From Octopus vulgaris (Eukaryota): 64,000 nt of DNA. Shown piece by piece: positions 54,742-64,000 of this stretch. The translations under genes and the position numbers were made by a program. The stretch covers positions 43,524,001-43,588,000 of the forward strand of contig OX597834.1 of assembly GCA_951406725.2 (NCBI GenBank), written 5' to 3'. Each line of letters starts with the position of its first letter. Position 1 is the first letter of the stretch. Below the pieces are notes generated by a model. It saw nothing but the letters and a program-made list of their open reading frames with translations. It did no database searches and was not told the DNA's origin.

Positions 54742-54968
54742 TTGGTTTCAAATTTTGTAATGAGGTCAGCAAGTTCGGGAGAGCGTTTAAGTCGATTACG
54801 TCGACCCTAGTGTTCAACTGGTACTTATTTTAATGAACCCAAAATGATGAAAGTCAAAAATCAACCTCGGAGGATTTTGAGCTCAAGCGCAGGAGTGGTA
54901 AGTAGATTGATTACCAACCACATGGTTCCGGTTTCAGTCCCACTACGTGACAACTCTGGCAAATGTCA
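54742..54968. mobile_element. SINE B fragment (minus, 54742-54885) abutting a SINE A head (plus, 54886-54968)
   Basis: aagtcgattacgtcgaccctagtg...aactggtacttatttt, then gcgcaggagtggtaagtag...accaaccacatggttccgg. Confidence 0.8.
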
Positions 54969-55849
54969 CAACAAAAAATATATATATATTACATAAATAA
55001 TATTATTATGAACAAGCCCGAAAGGCTTTGCGAATTACGGATAGAAAGCTACTGTGGAATGCGCATAATATAATAACTATAATAACTATATATAATATGT
55101 ATCATAATATTTATTCTCCGATTTGAATTGTGGGATGATCAGGGCCGCAATGTTTTTGGTGATAGGCCTGCTTTTGTAGGGCTGGTTTCGGACAATATAC
55201 CCAAAATAACTCCAGCCAGTTCTTTTGCCTACGTGTGTTGGCCTTTTGCCAAGTGCAAATAAATCATTGAATGCATTAATCAAACATAATTCCCATCGGG
55301 GACAAGTTTCAACGTAATAGAAAACATTTCTGATATTGATTTCAAAAATATTTTGGTTTTTCGGCAGCACCTATAGTTTTTCAAATCGGATCAATTATCA
55401 GTTTATAACACTATTGAAAATATTTTACAATTTCCTCAGATCATTGCTATTTAATAAGCATACATTTAAGAACGTAATACAGGAGTGAAATATAACAATG
55501 TCTCTAAGAAATAAATATCCCACCTAGAGCTGACTTACAGAGTCAACGAGGGTGTTGCCGAATGCATTCAGGTTGTTTAAAACACAGCCGACGCGGACCA
55601 ATACAGCAGCGTTGTCCTAATGGTTGCTGTCGCAATGCAAAGAATCCCACAGAAAATGAAAGGTTATGTTAAGCAAGTGCTTAACAGTCTCGGAAATCCA
55701 CCGCTAAGAAATGGCATTTTTTCATCGCATGCAAAAGGATGACTTCTACAAGATATGAACTAAAAAGCAGGGCAAGTGCGAAGACAAAACCAGGATAAGA
55801 TACATTTCAGCCAAACCGACACTCTAATGGCTCTGACTTTTGGCCACCG

Positions 55850-55894
<45 letters not shown>

Positions 55895-55963
55895 GCACAC
55901 ATATATATAAATATACATGTGTGTATCTATGTATATCTATATAAATATATATATATAAGTATT

Positions 55964-55998
<35 letters not shown>

Positions 55999-56025
55999 GT
56001 ATATATATATATCTATATCTATCTA

Positions 56026-56064
<39 letters not shown>

Positions 56065-56065
56065 G

Positions 56066-56096
<31 letters not shown>

Positions 56097-56484
56097 ATGT
56101 ATATGCATGTATATACGAATATATATGTATGTATGAATATGTATATAATGTGTATGATATGTAAATATACATAAATGCATATCCGTGTGTGTGTGTGTGT
56201 GTGTGTATAGTGTGAAGATGTATAGATGTGTTTCTAATTATCTCAACAGTAATTTATAGAATGATGTAGTAGTAATTAGTTAAATCATTAATATTACCGA
56301 AGTCTATATGGGAGAGTAGAGGCAGAATGTGCGAGAGACAAAGGAAGGCTCGGTCGCTGGTGATATCGGATAACTCTTGTATAACATACGCGAAGAATAT
56401 GTCGAAGTGTAATTATAATCGTGTATAATTATCTAATTTGATATTTCTTTTTCGCAGGAATTAATCATTACTGTCTCCACCGAA

Positions 56485-56526
56485 ATGATGGCAGTAATAA
56501 TAATGATAATAATAATAATGATGATG

Positions 56527-56557
<31 letters not shown>

Positions 56558-56568
56558 TGATGATGATG

Positions 56569-56602
<34 letters not shown>

Positions 56603-56742
56603 TGATGATGATAACAATTATAATGATAATAATAATAATAATAATAATAATGATGATGATGATAACAATTATAATGATAATAATAATAATAATAATAATA
56701 GCGATGAAGACGACGACGACGATGATGATGATGATGATGAGA

Positions 56743-56781
<39 letters not shown>

Positions 56782-56873
56782 GTGGTGGTGATGGTATTGA
56801 TGATGATGATGGTGGTAGTGATAGTGATGATGGTGGTGATGATGGTGATAATGATGATGATGATGATGATGAC

Positions 56874-56913
<40 letters not shown>

Positions 56914-57120
56914 GCGGTGGTGTTGGTAGTGATGGTATTGATGATGATGATGTCTGTAGTGATAGTGATGATGGTGGTGATGATGGTGATGATGATGATG
57001 ATAAGGACGTTGACGTCGACGATGATGATGATGATGATAAATGATGATGACGTGGACGACGACAATGATAAATGATGTAGCCGACGACTACGACGATGAT
57101 AATGATGATGGCTATTGATG
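56485..57120. repeat. (AAT)n/(GAT)n/(GGT) compound trinucleotide array
   Basis: Directly visible; gives poly-M, poly-I and poly-S ORFs. Confidence 0.96.
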
Positions 57121-57854
57121 ATGTTGTGAAGGAGGATGATGAGACATGCCTACCACGCATACAGACATGCATACCATTGAAGAAGTAAGAGGTCACTGGC
57201 GTTGAAGTCGAATGAGAGAAATTCCACCAAAGGAAACAAACCCAGCATGGAACCGATGAAATAAAAGTCTCAGGCATTTTCTAGAGTCGACAGAATCACG
57301 TGTTTATTTCTCCTAATTTTTAACCCCTTTTATCAATATTTGTTTTTCTGTCTTTTTTTCTTGTCTTTTTTTTTTTTCGCAAGCCTTGGTTCTCTTTGCG
57401 TTTCAGTGACCAACATTACGACATTCCGCTGAAAGAGGCGCAGCTCCGTTGTGGTGTCCAAGGCCAGCAATTATTGGGTGAGGGCTACATGTTGATCATA
57501 CCAGCACTGATAACTGACTAGTAGTTTATTTTACCGGCCTTGAAACTATAAAAGGTAAAGTTGACTTCGGCCGGAAGGCATTTCGCTATGAATTTTGTTC
57601 GACTTCTTACAACACTACCGATTTTCAACCTTCATGTGCTTATAGAGTAAATCAATATTAGATAAATTTAAAGGGCCGTACATTCGTAGACTAAAATGAA
57701 CAGCAATTAAAATTTCATTTGTTATTTGGATATCAATACTTAAGTTCTATAGTTTCAATTTCTGGAGGTCAGGTTTGTGATCCGTGGTTTTAGAGTGAAT
57801 AAATTATGTACGGATAAAATACCAGATTTCATTTAATATTTCATATTAGTTATA

Positions 57855-58255
57855 AGCGGTGAGCTGGCACAATTGTTCGCATGCCGGGCGAAATGCTTAG
57901 CGGTATTTCGTCCGTCTTCACGTTCTGAGTTCCAATTCCGACGAGGTCGAGTTTGCCTTTCATCCTTTCTGGGTCGATTAAATAAGTACCAGTTAAGCCC
58001 TGTAGTCGATGTAATCGACTTACTCCGTTTGTCTGTCCTTGTTTGTCCCATCTATGTTTAGCTCCCTCTGGGCAATAAAGAAATAATTATTTACGTTCCA
58101 CAGTTTCAATAGTGGTATTCCGCCCGTCTTTACGTTCTGAGTTCAAATTCCCTCGAGGTCGGCTTTGCCTCTCATCCTTTCCGGATCGATGAAATAAGTA
58201 CCAGTTGGGCACTAGGGTCGATGTTTCCGGCCTTGTACCAAAATTTGAAATCAAT
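57855..58255 (+). mobile_element. Two tandem SINE family B copies (57855-58085 tail B1; 58114-58255 tail B3)
   Basis: Both have cgttctgagtt..aattcc...gaggtcg..tttgcct.tcatccttt; the tails differ. Confidence 0.9.
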
Positions 58256-58924
58256 ATTTAATTTTAGTTCAGTATGTTTAGTATGTTGGTTCATCCAGCA
58301 CATGGATGTGTACACGAGGCGGTCAGTAATCCGCTACTGTTTGAATACTGTCTGTTGCAAGCAGTCATGTACTGATGAACGGTTTAACGCAACGTAACCG
58401 AAGGACTTTCCTCTCATCACTTGCTTATTATCGATACGTACCGTAGGTTGTGGCACTGAAAAAAGAGCAAGAACACCTGAAATATGCATATAATCTCATT
58501 AGCAATTTCTCTATCTTCAATCACATTGTTTACATTGGACGTATTCGGATACGAAACGTTGTAACAGATCAGTAAAGGCTACAATTTCTATCGAATGTCT
58601 GTAGAGATAAATTTCTAAAGTGGTTAATGTGTAGGATCTGTGACCGAGAGCTAGTGTTGCCTACACTAGCTGAAGAGGAGGTGGTCATCAACGAATTCAA
58701 TGAACAATCATAATTAAGTATGCATCGAATGAATAGGTATGAGGTTTGGAGGTCAGGGATGAAGGAGCCATTTATAGAGGAACTTCATGGGGAACCGTTT
58801 CCACCCAAAACTAAACCAACATTAAATTTCAATTCGAAAAAAGGAAGTTGACTTCAGTACAGTATGTTAAAACGCATTTCAAATAATGCCGTCTTTTCTT
58901 TGCCAATTGGCCAATATGTCAAAT

Positions 58925-59380
58925 ATACATACCTATATATATACCACATACATATATATATCTATACATAACCATATATATGCATACACACAGATATATA
59001 TGTGCATATATATACATGTATACACATATATATATACATACATATATATTTATACATGCATATATATATATACGAACATATATACATACAAACATATATA
59101 TATACATACATATATACATACATATATATATGTATTATATATAAATATGTATGCATGTATATATATGTGTGTAAGTGTATGTGTGTATACATGTGTATAT
59201 ATATGTGTGTGTATATATATAGGTGCATATATATGTATATATATGTGTGTATATATATGTATATATGTGTATATATATATGCATATATATATGTATGTAT
59301 ATACGTATGTATATATATGCATATATATATGTATATACATGTATATACGTAAATATGTATATATATACATACACACATAA
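58925..59380. repeat. Degenerate TA/CA/TG microsatellite
   Basis: Directly visible. Confidence 0.93.
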
Positions 59381-59959
59381 GGCCAAATAGAAAATAATTA
59401 TGTTCCTTAATAGAAACGAACATTTATATGTAAAGTATATTGCAATACTGTAGACGCGTTCACTAACAGAAATATGATTTATAGACGCAATCATATACTT
59501 ACTCATATATGATTTCCAAGTGTGTTGTGTGATTGCAATAAACGTATGTATACACGTGTGAATGAAAGTCTGCCTGTATGAATATGTCTATATATATATA
59601 TATACTAAGCAGGAAATCTATGAATGTATGTACGTATACGCGTATGTGTGTACGTGAATAGGACGTACGTATATGTGAGAGCAGTTTATTCGCACAAAAA
59701 CATCATGTTGTGTATGAAAAATTCATCTATTTTTCCATTATGATATTCCATATTCTCAATTATTAACTGTTCGTAAGTCTGAAATTAATGTCCTGCAATT
59801 TAATTAAAGGAATTATTATTACTCTTTTCTGTATGTATATTTTTCTTCAAATTATTATTCTTATTATTCGTTTTTTTTTTTCTTTCTTCAAATGCATTTT
59901 ATTATTACAATTTTTATTTTCCCCTTATTAATATTATTTTGATTAATAATATTATTAAT

Positions 59960-60870
<911 letters not shown>

Positions 60871-61418
60871 GTATGTGTCGACATATATTTGTGTACGCAT
60901 TTTCCAAGTATTCATGGATGGATGTATTTACATATGTCTTCCTTTGGTTTATCTGCGTCTATAGACTAAATGTATACGTAATATTATCTATAATTGTAAT
61001 GCCAAATTGCACGTGCCGGGTTAGTATAGGTGTGTGTATTTATATGTATGTAGGCATATTTTAATCCATACATATATATATATACACAGACACATACGTA
61101 CACGTACATGTGTGTGTGAGTGTGTGTATGTGCCTGTTTCTGTGTGTAATACTTGCGCCCCTGGATGGCGATAGACTTTGGCTCGTCAGATAAAAGTGTA
61201 AAAGTGAGTAAATACGTACAAGGGATAAAATATCGAATAAACTACATTTTCCCCAGTTTTATTAATGACGTGTTACATTGATTTCATAAATATTCCCATC
61301 CTTTTGGGATTTGTGAAACCCAACATCTCAAGACGATGTTTACTAAGATATCTATTTCCATAGTGTGTCCCCATGCCCACGTTTCTAAGACTATAATTCT
61401 TTGTAAGGTATCCGCTGG

Positions 61419-61625
61419 TTACTCTTTTACTCTTTTACTTGTTTCAGTCATTTGACTGTGGCCATGCTGGAGCACCGCATTTAGTCGAGGAAATCGACCC
61501 CAGGACTTACTCTTTATAAACCTAGTAATTATTGTATCGGTCCCTTTTGCCGAACCGCTAAGTTACAGGAACGTAAACACACCAGCATCAGTTGTCATGC
61601 AATGTATGGGGGGGGGACAAACACA

Positions 61626-61721
<96 letters not shown>

Positions 61722-61879
61722 CGACGGGCTTCTTTCAGTTTCCGTCTACCAAATCCACTCACAAGGCTTTGGTCAGACCGAGACTATAGTAGAAGAGACT
61801 TGCCCAAGATGGCACGCAGTGGGACTGAACCCGGAACCATGTGGTTGGTAAGCAAGCTACTTACCACACAGCCACTCCT
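61419..61879 (-). mobile_element. SINE family A, full length, internal (CA)n(TA)n
   Basis: Reverse complement is collinear with 37780-38213. Confidence 0.95.
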
Positions 61880-62622
61880 AAGTTCCATTTGAGGACTGGG
61901 GTTGATTCACTTGACTCATCTCCTGCCATGATATTCCCGCCCTTCTGGCTAAATCTGAAACCTCCGTAGGTGAGCGTCTTAATCTATCACCGTATATTAC
62001 AACCTATGCATTAATCCGTTTCTCAATAACTGCATTTAATTTATAAACACATAATCGGTGTGTAGCCGTAGATATATATATCTGCGTATGTCGGTGTATA
62101 GGTCTCTCTATGAACGTATGTATATGTGTCTATATACACAGTCATACGTATGTGTGCGCGTGTGTGTGTTTTACGTAAGTGTGAATGTGGACATGAATGT
62201 ATATATTTACAGTTGAGCTATAAGTGTATATGTGTATTTATGAATATGCATGCCTATTTCTGCTTACATGTACATATGTATATGCATGCACAAATGTACA
62301 TATGTATATATCCATTTATACATGTGTGTGTGTGTGTGTGTGTGTATCTGAGTGTGCGTTTGTATGTGTATGTGTGTGTGCATGTTTGCGTTCATAAACA
62401 TACACACATGCGCATACACACATTCATACATGTACTACTACATGTTGACTTGCGTAGGCATGTGAATAGAGATGTAAATATTTGAATGTACTTCATGTTT
62501 GCCTACTAATATATCTCTGCTATGTGAATATATATATCTACGTACATAATTATCAATTTCTCTATGCTTACACACATAGACACGGCCATACATGCGTGCA
62601 TATATACATACATACATCTATA

Positions 62623-62653
<31 letters not shown>

Positions 62654-63169
62654 GTTTATGTAGTGTACTATAATATATAATATAACGTAACGTGTGTAAA
62701 TAGCGGGTGACGATAGTTGCGAGGCGTCGTATGAGGAGTAGGAGGTGCGGTAATCTAACACTTAATAGACACCGAACGTATGCTGTTCTCAGAAGCATCT
62801 TTCTTCTACTTCATCTTCTGTCTCATTCGTCTCTCTAATGATTCTGTCATGGGTTTGTCAGTGAGCCTCTTGACATAGTGTAATGATACAATTAGCGTAT
62901 TTTTCTGAAGGCTTCTTCGTATTATTCAGCGAATACTTCGCTAGCTTACGCAAATTACACTGTACAAAGGTTAGGCAGGTTTTAAGATAATTGATATTTT
63001 GTAGATAATTGCTTTGATTAAAAGACAAATTGCTTCCCATGTGGAAATATATAGACCATAAAACCCAACTCGATAAATATTTGATGACTATATTTTCAGA
63101 TATGTGCATCAATGTGTCGTTTTACGCATTTATGTTTCTGCGGATGTGTGTAAGTATATATGTGTTTGT

Positions 63170-63210
63170 GTGAGTGTATATAGATGTATGTATGTTTGTA
63201 TGTTTATATG

Positions 63211-63244
<34 letters not shown>

Positions 63245-63377
63245 TGTATGTATGTATGTATGTATGTATGTATGTATGCATATTCAGATATCCAGACACG
63301 CGCAAATAACGCACTCAGACACACACACATATATATGCTTACATACATATATATGAATATATGTGCGCATTTGGTTG

Positions 63378-63447
<70 letters not shown>

Positions 63448-63554
63448 GTATGTATAGAGATATATAAATATATGTATAGATATATATGCATGCATGTATA
63501 TATGTATATGTATATATATATGCATGTATATATGTATACATATATATATATATG

Positions 63555-63620
<66 letters not shown>

Positions 63621-63790
63621 TAAATATATGTTTGTATACATGTATATATAATGCACAAGATGTATAATTATAATACATATATGTATGTATATATCTATCT
63701 ATACACACACACTCACAGACACACACACACTCACAGACACACACACACACACATATATATATATGAAGTGAGTGAAAGTGAGAAAACCTT

Positions 63791-63827
<37 letters not shown>

Positions 63828-63870
63828 TATATGTATATGTTTATTTATATACATATATATATATAACTGA
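63170..63870. repeat. Compound (GTAT)n/(TA)n/(TG)n/(GA)n microsatellites
   Basis: Directly visible. Confidence 0.93.
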
Positions 63871-64000
63871 TTAAGTATCTGATGTATATTCCCTGCAATT
63901 ATGTAAAATAGACGCATACATTTAGGAGAAACATTGTAATTCGCCGGAGTACTTAACCTGTCTATCAAGCTATCAATTGATTTATATCGCAATGTATTTA

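Noticed and set aside
55600-55852. Tc1-like end (gacttttggccacc)
   Set aside because: No partner TIR and no convincing transposase translation
58360-58410. Hammerhead-like ctgatga...ggtt/aacc...gaag
   Set aside because: GAAA core is absent and stems I and III do not form

Overview
This is eukaryotic, very AT-rich, repeat-dominated DNA. The SINE set and the extreme microsatellite density point to an Octopus (coleoid cephalopod) genome; that assignment is an inference. I find no credible host protein-coding exon, rRNA, true tRNA or CRISPR array. Nearly all listed ORFs are translations of (TA)n, (CA)n, (GAT)n or (AAT)n microsatellites, or of SINEs. The window reads as a large intron or gene desert. 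It contains about 35 copies of at least four tRNA-headed SINE families (called A-D here) and decayed LINEs (RTE, CR1-like, Tx1/L1, R4/Dong). It also holds a Tc1/mariner element with a hAT MITE nested in one TIR, two tandem mariner ends and a non-autonomous Helitron. Short unique islands rich in homeodomain, POU and Pbx/Meis motifs lie between the repeats. The best leads are a SINE-LINE shared 3' tail with a structure-conserved hairpin, a module shared between two SINE families, several fold-back inverted duplications (one with a captured coding-like filler), a short RTE derivative with a structured 5' region, and a Pbx-Hox/Meis-like motif cluster. I cannot support a wholly new gene system from this sequence alone.
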